The translations under genes were made by a program, and so were the position numbers. Below, piece after piece: positions 1 through 9,599 of a stretch of 64,000 nt of DNA. The notes below the pieces were generated by a model. It had not been told where the DNA came from. It searched no databases and was given only the letters and a program-made list of their open reading frames with translations. Position 1 is the stretch's first letter; each line of letters begins with the position of its first letter. Source of the stretch: Mobula birostris (lineage: Eukaryota); contig NW_027274494.1 in the NCBI RefSeq assembly GCF_030028105.1, positions 1 through 64,000 of the forward strand, written 5' to 3'.

Positions 1-320
1 AACAAGTTAGGACGCTGTGTTGCAACATTATAATGCTCAAATTAGGCTGTATCAGGCGGATTGTACAACGTTCCGGTCACCACATTACAGGAAGGATGTC
101 AAGGCTTTGGAGTGTCTCCAAGGAGTTTGAACAGGACGCTGCCTAGATTAGATGACATGTGTAACAACGAGAGGTTGGACACTTGGTTTATTTTCTCTGG
201 AACGGCGGAAGTTGAGACAGAGGATTCTTTTTTTAGAATATGAGAAGCATAGAGAGATTAGACTGTTAGTATCTTTTCACCAAAGTTGAAATGTCTAATA
301 CCAAAGGGAATGTACTCAGA
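1..320 (+). mobile_element. CR1-type LINE 3' ORF2 fragment (degenerate)
   Basis: ggtcaccacattacaggaaggatgtcaaggctttggag resembles the WSPxYRKD..ALE region seen in the other CR1 copies in this window. Confidence 0.65.
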
Positions 321-559
321 ATAACACTGTGAGTCTGTTATGTGGTGAAAAGCTTGGTCTGCCTTCTCTGTGTGACAATAATAAACCAATTTACGAAATC
401 TACCAGGCGGGATGTCCTAAACATACAATGGCTAGATTATTATCCATGTTCTCATCTGAGCTTTTGCCACAGACGGCAGATTTCCCATTGCGGATCAGTA
501 GTTAACACCACTTGTCACTGACGACCAACCAACGGCCTCCGGCCTCTGTGTTCTGTAGA

Positions 560-1080
560 CAAGCCAATTCGGATTCCAAATGGCCAATTCACTGTAGATC
601 CAATGCATCACAAAATTATGAATGACTCTTCCATGACAGAGACGTTGCCAAAGGCCAGTCTAAAGTTAACTCTTTAACACCCTACTGCCCTGCACGATAA
701 TCCCAAGATTCCTCTGTATGTCGCCATTTAAGTTCTGCCGTTAACTGTTTCCTGTCCCTTCACATTTACTTGGTAAAGCGCAAAGCCTCACATTGACCCG
801 GGTTAAACTTCATCTGCCTTTTCTCCACCCACATTAACAACTGATCGATATTCCACTGGATCCATGGACGATTTTCTACACTGGCCACAATGCCACCAAA
901 CTTTGGCTCGTTTGCAAATTTACCAACCCACACAACTCCATTTTCATCGATGTCAGTCCGATCCATCAACAATACCAGAGGTCCCCGCGCTGGTCACTGC
1001 GGAACGCCACTAATCACAGACCACAAGCGAGAATAAGTCCCATCCGTCAGCACTCTGTGCCCTGTGTAAGCAGGCCAACT
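560..1080 (-). mobile_element. CR1-type LINE reverse transcriptase fragment
   Basis: ORF 766-972 reads WVGKFANEPKFGG...QMKFNPGQCEAL, a decayed KFADDTKIGG...WQMxFNxxKC motif. Confidence 0.75.
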
Positions 1081-1594
1081 CAAAGTTAAAATCTCAGTAT
1101 TCAAAATACATTTATTATCAAATCTTCTTTCTTTATTTCTTTATATTTAACCCTGAACCACCCCGCCATTCAGGACAAAGCAATTCTTCAATGTAATCCT
1201 AAACTAATTTCCGAACAATTTACAACTTTGAAAAATAACAAACTCCGAATGCTAACGGACAATTCCCCATGATCTGTTGGATAAGGCTCTCCTGAGGGAC
1301 TGACTCAAACGCCCAACTCAGGTCCATGTGGACAACATCCAGGACTCTAACTTCATCGATCACACTGAAGACAGTAAAACACCCCTCGAATCAGTGAGAC
1401 AACAGTCAGAGTTTTCCAGAGTCATGGAATTTGAACTCTCAGCGATGCCGACTGGAAAGTTGATGAGATTGAGGGGGGGGGGGGGCGGGGGCGGGGGTGA
1501 TCGTGGTGGACGGAGAGAGCGCCGATGTTGGGTGGGAGCGAAACCCTGTGGGTGTCACGGCTGAATTCACACATACTGAATGGTCTCTCTACAG

Positions 1595-1711
1595 GTGCGC
1601 ATAAACAAGAGCCGAAAGAGAACATCGGAAATAGATCCTGCCTGAAGATCTGCCTGCTCTGCTTAGTTACGTCCGTCCTCGTCGCGATAGTGGCCGGGCT
1701 CTTGATCTATG
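1595..1711 (+). CDS. Gene A juxtamembrane/TM exon (117 bp, phase 1-1)
   Basis: ctctctacag|GT...TATG|gtgagt; GAHKQEPKENIGNRSCLKICLLCLVTSVLVAIVAGLLIY, basic residues followed by a hydrophobic signal-anchor. Confidence 0.9.
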
Positions 1712-4700
1712 GTGAGTCCAACGGGAACCGGATGGTGTCCGACCATTAGGAAGCGGAAAGGATTGAAGTGCCCGCGTAAAACCTCACAGTGACGCCGACA
1801 CGGTTCTCAATGTCATAACGACATGACCCTCTTCGTAACACTAAGAGGACCGTTACCGTGACGCGGTCACGCCGTAACCGGCCCGCCCCTCAGCGTGACA
1901 ACATCGCTACCCGTACAGCGACACGGGCAGGAACCCGCACCTCCTCGTGACACGCTCATTCGGAAACTGCCGTGACCGTGATACTGACACACCCGTCTCC
2001 GTGACCTGGAAATGCCCGGTTCCGAATAAGGGACCCGCTCTCAAAGTCATATTGGCACATTTCTCACAGTAACACCCACACAGTTTCGCCATGAGTATAC
2101 GACCATAAGACATTCAGACACAGGAGCAGGCTTAGGCCGCTTGGCTCTTCCAGCCTGCTCCGCCATTTGATCATGGAAGATCAATTTCCCTCTGAACCCC
2201 AATCTGCTGCCTCCTCCCCGTATCCCTTCATACACTGACTAATCAAGAATCTATTAACCTCTGCACTAAATAAACCCAATATCGCCCTCTACAGTCCCTT
2301 TGCAATTCTCCCTACGTTTAGAAAATAATCTACGCTTTTACTTCTTGCTTAAAAGTGCCTGAACAGACATTGTATTCCCACATGACACTTCTTGGTCAAT
2401 TCTCCTCACCTATGTAGGTTTTCTATGTCCTCTCCTCTTCCTCTGCAACACCAGCCGCTCTACTTATCTTTGCACTTTCCGCAAACATGGCCAAAACCCT
2501 ATTATTTCCTTCATCTACATTGCTGACATTTTATGTAAAAGGTAGCGGTCTCATCTCAGACCTTCTGGAACACCACCAGTCGTCGGCAGCCAACCAGAGG
2601 TTTCTCCCGTCATTTCATTCCCACTCTTTGTGTCCTGCAAATCAGTCACTGCTCTATCAATTTTTTTTCCTGTAACAACATAGGGTTTTATCCTGTTATT
2701 CAGCCTCATGTGTGGTACATTGTCAATGGACTTCTGAAAATCCAAGTACACAAAATGCATCGATTCCCCTTTGTTTAACCTGAGCCATGTTCCTACAAAG
2801 AATTTCAAGGACTGATCATGCAAGATTTTGATAAATCTCAATCTGTGTAGAAGATGATGAGAGGCATTGAACGTTTGGATAATCGGAGGCTTTTTCCCGG
2901 GGCTGAAATGACTAACACGAGAGGGCACAGCTTTGTGGTGCCGGAAAATAGGTACAGAGGAGATGTCAGGGGCTTTTTTTTTTCACCCAGACAGTGGTGG
3001 GTGTGTATAATAGGCTTCCGGCGAGGTTGGTGGAAGCAGATACGATAGGGTCTTTTAAAAGACTACTGGACAGGTACATTGAGCTTAGAAAAGTAGAGGG
3101 CTATGTGTTACCCGAGATAATTTCTAAAGTAATTTCATTTTCGGCACAACATTGTGGGCCGAGGGCCATATTGTGCTGCAGACTTTCTCTGTTTCTAAGA
3201 TTTTCCTTGATCGAAACTATGCTGACTTCGGCCTAGTTTATCATGGGCCTCCAAGTACGTCGAAAGCACACACTTAATAATCGACTGCAATATCTTGCCA
3301 ACTACAGGGATCGGAGTGACAGGCCAGTGATTTCCTTCCTTCTGCCTATCTCCCTTGTTGAAGGGTGGAGTGTCATCTGCAATTTCCGAGTCTCCGGAAC
3401 CATGGCAGAATCCAATGATCATTGAAGAAGCAATTGTAATGCTCCACAATCTCTTCAGTCACCTCCTTCAGAATCCTGGGTTGTAGACCATCTATTCAAA
3501 ATGTCTTGTCTACCTCATACTTCTCAGTTTCACAAGCACCCTCTCTGTACCAGTGCCACCTTCAGTCACTTCAGCTCCCCGGCAATCTCAAATCTCACGC
3601 ATAATGTTAGTGTTTTTCACATAAATCCTGTTGCGTAATCCTTCTTCAATGCCTTCACCATTTCCCCTTCCCCGTTACTATGTCCCCAGTATCCTTTTCC
3701 AGTGATCCGATATCTACTCTCGGCTCTGCTTTACACTCTATATACCTGAAGAAACGTTTGATATCCTTAGCTTTTTACCTTTGCAGTTTTGTAACTCGAG
3801 CCACAATTATTCTACAACTTACGATCCTATGCCACATCTTTCCAATCATTTTATTCCAGTTTTTACCAACAGAGTCACGCCGCTCCCTGTACACACTTGC
3901 CTGTCTTTTCAATACAATGTCTGTCCTTGGGCGTTAAGCTCCCAGCTGTAATCTTCCTTCTGCCACGACTGAACGATATCCACGACGTCATATATGCAGT
4001 TTTATCTCACCGCTGAGTTTATTTAACCCCTCCAGAACAGCTCCAGAAAATCTGTTACTAAGGATTTTGTTTCACCTCGGGTTCAGTTACAGACAGTCCC
4101 ATTTGTACAGTTCGTAGCTCCTCCAGAAGAGATCTCAATGATCCGGAATTAGAAATCCTTGCCCCCGACAGCAATTAGTCAGGCACCGACATAACACTCA
4201 CCCTGACACCTTCACGCATCTCACCATGACACCGACACGCCCATCACCATAACTCAGAAATGTACCTGATAGTGACACCGACACGCCCATCACCATAACT
4301 CAGAAATGTACCTCATAGTGACACCGACACGCCCATCACCATAACTCAGAAATGTACCTCATAGTGACACCGACACGCCCATCACCATAACTCAGAAATG
4401 TACCTCATAGTGACACCGACTCACCTCTCACCGTGACAACCGACACGCTCTTCACAGGAACACATAAACAGCCTTTACCGTAACACTGATACGCGCCTCT
4501 CCACAACACGGAAACGGTTCTCGCCTTGACGCCGTCACAAATCCCACCGCGACAGTGACAGGCTTTTGACCGGAACATGGACACACTCATCAACGTGACA
4601 TCGACACATCCCTCAATATAACACCGACACGCCACTCACCTTGACACCAACACACCATTCACCTTCTCTCTCTCTCAGTGTTACAGATCCGTCAGTCTCT

Positions 4701-7375
4701 GATCGCCTCCGATCAAAAGTACCAGAGACTTTGGGAACAACATCAGGAGATGAACAGGACCCAGTGCCAATGTCCACTGCAAATTCACCAGCCGAACTCA
4801 ACCCTTGAACCAATGACATCAGAGGATTCCCGCGAGGACATCCCCCAGGATAAATGTCTCAATAATGTTTCCGTCCCCAGCAACAACGTCTCCATCCTCG
4901 AACACAAATTGTTTAACCTCCAAAGCAGCTACTCCATCCTAGTAAACAAATCGATCGTCCTGGAAAGCAACCTCTCCGTCCTGAGCACCGATCTCTCTGT
5001 TCAGCATCAAAAGCAAACCGATCTCCGCCGAATTTTCAATTACCTCGAAATGCAGTGTAGAGCTCTGAACGAAACCAAGGCTCAAATCTGCCATCTGCTG
5101 ACGAGGAGGAAAGGTGAGATAACAGCCGCCATTCACCAGTTCCTAATCACGGGATAGAAAGAGGAATCTATACCTTGTGGCTGGTCTCGGGAATGTTCAT
5201 TATGAGGATGCGATTGGACCGACACCCGTAGGGTTACACCGAGTGTGTGTTATGGGACGGTGGGGTGGAGCGCCACCTAGTGTCCTACATGGAGAATGTG
5301 TGATGGGGAGGTGTGGAGGGAGAGACACCAAGTATCTGTACCCGGGAGTGCGTGATGCGGTGCTCCGGAGACAGATTAGCTCAGGGTCTGACGCCGGCAG
5401 TGCGTCATTCCGCGGTTGAAACCGTGTGTTTCTGATAGACCGTGCGGGGGAGCTTCTCACTGTCTGACCCTGGGTATGTGTGATATGACAGTGTGGATGG
5501 AGATTCGGCCTGTTACTGATGCCGAGTGTCTGTGATGGGACGGCGCGGAGTGAGCTTCACTCCGTGTCTGACACCGGGTGTGTGTGTTGGAAGGGTCAGG
5601 GGGAGTTTCATTCTGTGTTTGAACGCCGGAATGGGTCATGGGACCGGTGTGGAGGGAGTTTCATTCTGTATTTGACACTGCGTGAGTGTGATGGGACGGT
5701 GTGAAGGGATTTTTTCCCCCAGCGGAAGTAATGAAGGAGGATTCACTGTTCCGTGTTCATGATTTCCAGATCAAGCGTGTTCCCGGAATTGGATCAGAAA
5801 TGAAGACCTTTGTTACTTCATATCCACATTTGAAATATCTTACGACGGAGCGAAACAGAATTGTTCAAACTCTGACTCAAAGCTTCTTGAAATAAATTCA
5901 AATGAGGAAGAGGTATGTGTCAGAAGACATATCCACATCAGAGTGGAGCTTCTTCCACACCGTCCCATCACATATTCCGGGGTCAGACACAGAGTGAAGC
6001 TCCCTCCACATTATCCCATCACATACTCCCGGGGTCAGACACAGAGCGTCTCTTCCTCCACACTGTCCTTTCGCACACTCCCGGGGGCAAACGCAGAGTG
6101 AAGCTCCCTCCACACCGTCCCATCGTATATTCCCGGGGCCGACACAGAGTAAATCTCCCTCCACACCGTCCCATAGCACACTCCTGGGGCAGACACTCAT
6201 TGAAGATCCCTCCATACCGTCCCATCGCACACTCCTGGGGCAGACACTGAGTGAAGATCCCTCCACTCCGTCTCATCACACTCGCCGGCGGTCAGAAAGT
6301 GAGTGACGCTCCTTAAATTGTGCTCATTTTGAATCATTAATGACAGCCATTTAATTTCACAGAATTTTATTAACAAAGCTGTCGGCGACCAAAATAATTC
6401 ATACTGGATTGGAAAATGCAAAGCCGGGTGAGATTAGGGTTCATGTAGGTTTTTGAAGAGAGAATGGGTCGTGAGTTTTATTTGGGGACTGATACGGGCT
6501 GCGAGAAGGGAGTGAACGTTGGGATTATATTGGGTAATGTCATGGGGCTGTGGGGTGAGAAAGGGGAGTGCGAGTATTTCGGGGAAAAAGACGCGGCCTT
6601 CAGATAGAAAGTGGATCAGGGGAAGTATTTTGGGGAATCAGACCGGCCTGTGGGGAGAGTGGAGCTGTGGGATTAGTTTGCAGATTGACACGGTTCCGTG
6701 GGAAGACGTTCAGAGTGTGGGAGTATCCTAGGGACTAACACGGGACCGTGGGGAGAGGCGGGCTTTGAGAGTAATGGGGAAGTAACAGGACTGTAGGGGG
6801 AAAATGGATCGTGGGGTTATTTTGAGGACTCCCGGAGCTCTGTGGGGAGAGAGTTGAGCAAGGGATCAATCTGGGGCTGACACAGGGCTGCAGAGAATGA
6901 GTCAGTGAGTGTTTTGGGAACTCGTACAGGTATGTGGGGAGAGAGGAGGTTAGTGAGAGTGTTTTGAGAATTGGTAGAGTTATGTGGGGAAAGATTGAGT
7001 CAGTGGGAGTATTGTGTGGACTGACACCGCTCGGTGAGGAAAGATTGAGTCAGTGGGAGTAGTTTCGGAACTGACACCGGTCGGTGAGGACAGATTGAGT
7101 CAGTGGGAGTAGTTTGGAGACTGACACAGGACTGTCTGCTGGAATTGTGTTGCTCCTTTTGAAATTGTTTACCCCTCCTTGACAGGAAGGTGGCCTCTAA
7201 TGTCGTGTACAAGGTGAACTCTGGAAAGTTCGAATGCAGTGAGTGTAAATCCAGTTGGCTTCACAATTGCAAAAATGATCAGCACCGTTTCATCTGTGAG
7301 AAGACGGCACCCGTGTGCCTGGATATTCCTGAAAAGATCCGGAGACTTTGTCAAAAGCCTGTCGGCCCTACTTGA
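1595..7375 (+). CDS. Gene A: type II transmembrane C-type lectin-like receptor with atypical CTLD (5 exons in window; cytoplasmic exon(s) presumably upstream of window)
   Basis: Exons 1595-1711, 4679-5113, 5770-5912, 6363-6427 and 7186-7375 have AG/GT boundaries and compatible phases, and splice into one open frame of about 316 aa ending TGA at 7375. Confidence 0.9.
1780..2095. repeat. Degenerate ~23-bp repeat (gtgacaccgacacgcccctcacc-like) of the TM-neck intron, 5' part
   Basis: Recurrent gtgac/ccgaca units; the same repeat fills the TM-neck intron of genes B, C and D. Confidence 0.7.
2105..4180 (-). mobile_element. Degenerate CR1 LINE (3' tail to ORF1/ORF2 fragments), host of a nested CR1
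   Basis: Minus-strand VYLDFQK..D.VPH (2551-2928) and NHWPVTPIPVVGKIL (3195-3449); reverse-complement 3' tail near 2105. Confidence 0.75.
2830..3196 (+). mobile_element. 5'-truncated CR1 3' end nested in opposite orientation, 8-bp TSD AAGATTTT
   Basis: TRGHS...FF..R...N.LP..VEA..I.SFK.LD C-terminal motif and tttctctgtttct tail; AAGATTTT at 2822-2829 and 3197-3204. Confidence 0.75.
4227..4420. repeat. Near-perfect 46-bp tandem repeat x4 within the ~23-bp intron repeat (4185-4660)
   Basis: tgacaccgacacgcccatcaccataactcagaaatgtacctcatag starts at 4227, 4273, 4319, 4365, with a partial copy at 4411. Confidence 0.95.
4679..5113 (+). CDS. Gene A coiled-coil neck exon (435 bp, phase 1-1)
   Basis: tctctcag|TG...AAAG|gtgag; VLQIRQS...heptads NNVSILE/SNLSVLS...NETKAQICHLLTRRK; many NxS/T sequons. 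Confidence 0.9.
5240..5705 (+). repeat. 52-bp minisatellite array (G-strand), neck-CTLD1 intron of gene A
   Basis: Degenerate copies of gggagtgtgtgatgggacggtgtggagggagattcactctgtgtctgacccc. Confidence 0.85.
5770..5912 (+). CDS. Gene A CTLD exon 1 (143 bp, phase 1-0)
   Basis: ttccag|AT...GAG|gtatgt; DQACSRNWIRNEDLCYFISTFEISYDGAKQNCSNSDSKLLEINSNEEE (C-x3-W-x6-CY, C1, LLxI..EE). Confidence 0.93.
5930..6300 (-). repeat. 52-bp minisatellite array (opposite orientation), CTLD1-CTLD2 intron of gene A
   Basis: cacactcccggggtcagacacagagtgaagctccctccacaccgtcccatca units. Confidence 0.9.
6363..6427 (+). CDS. Gene A CTLD exon 2 (65 bp, phase 0-2)
   Basis: ttcacag|AAT...GG|gtgag; NFINKAVGDQNNSYWIGKCKAG. 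Confidence 0.92.
6430..7135. repeat. G-rich ~50-bp degenerate repeat of the CTLD2-CTLD3 intron
   Basis: agattgagtcagtgggagta recurs at 50-bp spacing (6992, 7042, 7092); related repeat at 29720-30660, 42700-42950 and 59190-59560. Confidence 0.7.
7186..7375 (+). CDS. Gene A CTLD exon 3 plus Cys-containing C-terminal tail
   Basis: gacag|G AAG...TGA; KVASNVVYKVNSGKFECSECKSSWLHNCKNDQHRFICEKTAPVCLDIPEKIRRLCQKPVGPT*. Confidence 0.92.
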
Positions 7376-7709
7376 ATCAAATGACTACACTTTCTTTCTC
7401 CCCCCGACTGTCACAAACCCCATCCTCTGCCCTTCGCTCCTACCCTATTCTGCTCCCTCTCTGCATCACAATCTTACTCGCCATCTCGCCTTCTCTTTAC
7501 CCTCGTCCCTCTAAACTCCTTCTCTCCCTCATATCTCCTCCCCTCCCATTTCCCCATTTCATCCGAATTTCTTTCCACTCACGTTCTTGTCTCACTCTCC
7601 CCGTCCTCTTACCTCCCAATCCTTCGATTCTCTACTCCGTCTCTCTCCCACTCCCTCTCTCCTTTTTTACAAAATCCAATCGCTCTCCCTCTTCTCTCTT
7701 CAGCTACTC

Positions 7710-8040
7710 TCACCTCAATCATGTGTCCTAATGTTCTCTCTACCCCAGCCCTGAGGAGAAAGAGAACACGCATTCGCCCTATCCGTACCTTTTTCAGAAT
7801 AAAGCTTCAACGTTTCCGACCTCTCTGCATAATTCTGTCCCTCGACCCCAGGCAAAATCCCCGTAAATGTCCCCCTGCATTCTTTCCAGATCAGTGGCAT
7901 CTTTCCCACAACAGGGCGTCCAAAACTCAACATCGTACTCCAAGTGCGTCCTCACAGATATCTTGTCGAACTAGAACGTGTCCTTCCGACTCCTGTACTC
8001 ATGCCCTGACTGATGAAGGCCAGCGTGCCCACTCTCCCAG
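7710..8040 (-). mobile_element. Old CR1 fragment in the 3' flank of gene A (paralogous copies at ~31345-31750 and ~41780-42095)
   Basis: Minus-strand ...GTFTGILPGVEGQNYAER...; same position and orientation relative to the stop codon in genes A, B and C. Confidence 0.7.
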
Positions 8041-8425
8041 CATAGAGAGAATGTATCGCATGTTTCCCAGGTGATTTATTATCAGTGACCTATACCGCCT
8101 GAGATTTAATCTTTTGCTGGATAGTAAGGCGCAAAAATGTGAAATTAATGTTAAGTACAAAACGACAATAAATACCGCAAAAAAATGTGGAGTTGGTGCT
8201 CATGTGTTCAAAATAAAGTGGACGAGGGAAAGAAGCAGTTCCTGAATGGCTGAGATCTCAGGTCCCTGTGCCTCTTCCCCGATGGTAGCAAAGAGCAGGG
8301 AGATTGTCCCGGGTGGTGAGGAGCTTCAGTAATGGACGCCGCCTTTTCAAAGCATCGCATCGTGAGGATGTCCTCGATGCCGCAGAGCGTTGTGCCCCTG
8401 ATGGAGCTGGTTCAGTCTACATCCC

Positions 8426-9102
8426 GACACAAAATAATCTGCAGATGCTGGGATCAAAGCAACACTCACAACACGCTGAAGGAACTCAGCAGGTCGGGCA
8501 GCATCCGTGGAAAAGATCGGTCGACGTTTCGGGTTGGAGCCGTTCGTCAGGACTGTGGAGGGAAGTGGCAGAGGCCCTATAAAGAACCTGGGGCGAGGGT
8601 GGTAGGAAGAAGTCTGGCAGGTTCAAGGTGAAAAGCCAATAAGGGGAAAGATCAAGCGTGGGGGAGGGGAGGCAGGGAGCTGATATCAGGAAAGGTGAAG
8701 AAAGAGTAGGGGAAAACACAGTGGGTAGTAGAAGGAGGCGGGACCATGAGGGAGGTGATAGGGAGGTGGGGGAGGGGCAGAGTGACATGGGGATAGAGGA
8801 AGGGAGGGGGAGGGAATTACCGGAAGTTGGAGAATTCTATGTTCATACCAAGGGGCTGGAGACTACCTGGACGGTATATCAGGTGTTGCTCCTCCAACCT
8901 GAGTTTAGCCTCATCATGACAGGATGAATGGGAGTGGGAAGCAGAGTTCAAGTGGGTGTCTACTGTGAGATCCAGCAGAGTTGAGGTGTTCTCAACCTTC
9001 TCCTTCCCACCTTCCCCCCACCTTCTTTATAGGGCCCCTTCCCTCTACAGTCCGACCAGATGTTGCCCGACCTGCTGAGTTCCTCCAGCGTGTTGGGAGT
9101 GT
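8426..9102 (-). mobile_element. Penelope-like element terminal fragment with inverted pLTR portion
   Basis: acacaaaataatctgcagatgctgg...gaactcagcaggtcgggcagcatc end; HDEAKLRLEEQHL region on minus; inverted copy at 8985-9102. Confidence 0.8.
8519..8555 (-). ncRNA. Minimal type I hammerhead ribozyme motif (PLE pLTR)
   Basis: Minus strand cagtc-CTGACGA-acggctccaaccc-GAAA-cGTC-gacc. Confidence 0.7.
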
Positions 9103-9599
9103 CAGTATACGTCTCTCCGCAGCCTCTTGCGACCTTGTGCGTTGCAGCCTCCACACCAGCCGGCGATGCGACATGTCAAACGGTCATCTGTAGAACGTTG
9201 CGAGTCTTCAGTGAAAGACGTGGCAAACCCTTCTGCAAGGAGAGAGCTTCGGGTGGTGGTGAAAACAAGTGCACAGTGTGGTCTGGAAAACACTCCGACA
9301 CAGACTCGAAATACTAATGATATCCAAAACCGAAATCACAAGCAGTCGTACCAGCAACGCGTCTCCCACGGTTAACAAGTAGCCTTTAACGACAGACTTT
9401 CCATGAAGATATGCTGACGGACAATAATTGGCAGCCTGAGTCTTAAAGGGTCAGCTCACCACATTTGGAGAATGGGCGTCCCGACATTGTTCAGTCGGGA
9501 ACATGACACCTTCTTCGTGTTTGCATGAATGTGTTTGGCCCAGAATAGATCCACTGAGATGGTGACATCCAGCAACACAGCAACTTCAAAAAAAAGAAA

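Larger units (their letters stand above)
8200..9200 (-). mobile_element. Rex/Babar-type LINE 3' fragment, split by a Penelope-like insertion
   Basis: Reverse complement resembles the Rex-like fragment at 38200-38520; near-TSD tcagtctacatc / tcagtatacgtc around the insert. Confidence 0.6.

Noticed and set aside
1328-1594. ORFs 1328-1564 and 1525-1594 as the gene A cytoplasmic exon
   Set aside because: Homologous to gene C intron sequence, crosses a G homopolymer, and does not resemble the MxDSxxY exon; the acceptor at 1594 is good.
1595-7375. Assigning a mammalian symbol (OLR1, KLRD1, CD72, CLEC12)
   Set aside because: Only the generic architecture is shared; the CTLD second half is too different to support orthology.
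8005-8035. ctgatga as a hammerhead or C/D box
   Set aside because: Part of an antisense CR1 coding fragment; no GAAA partner or helices.
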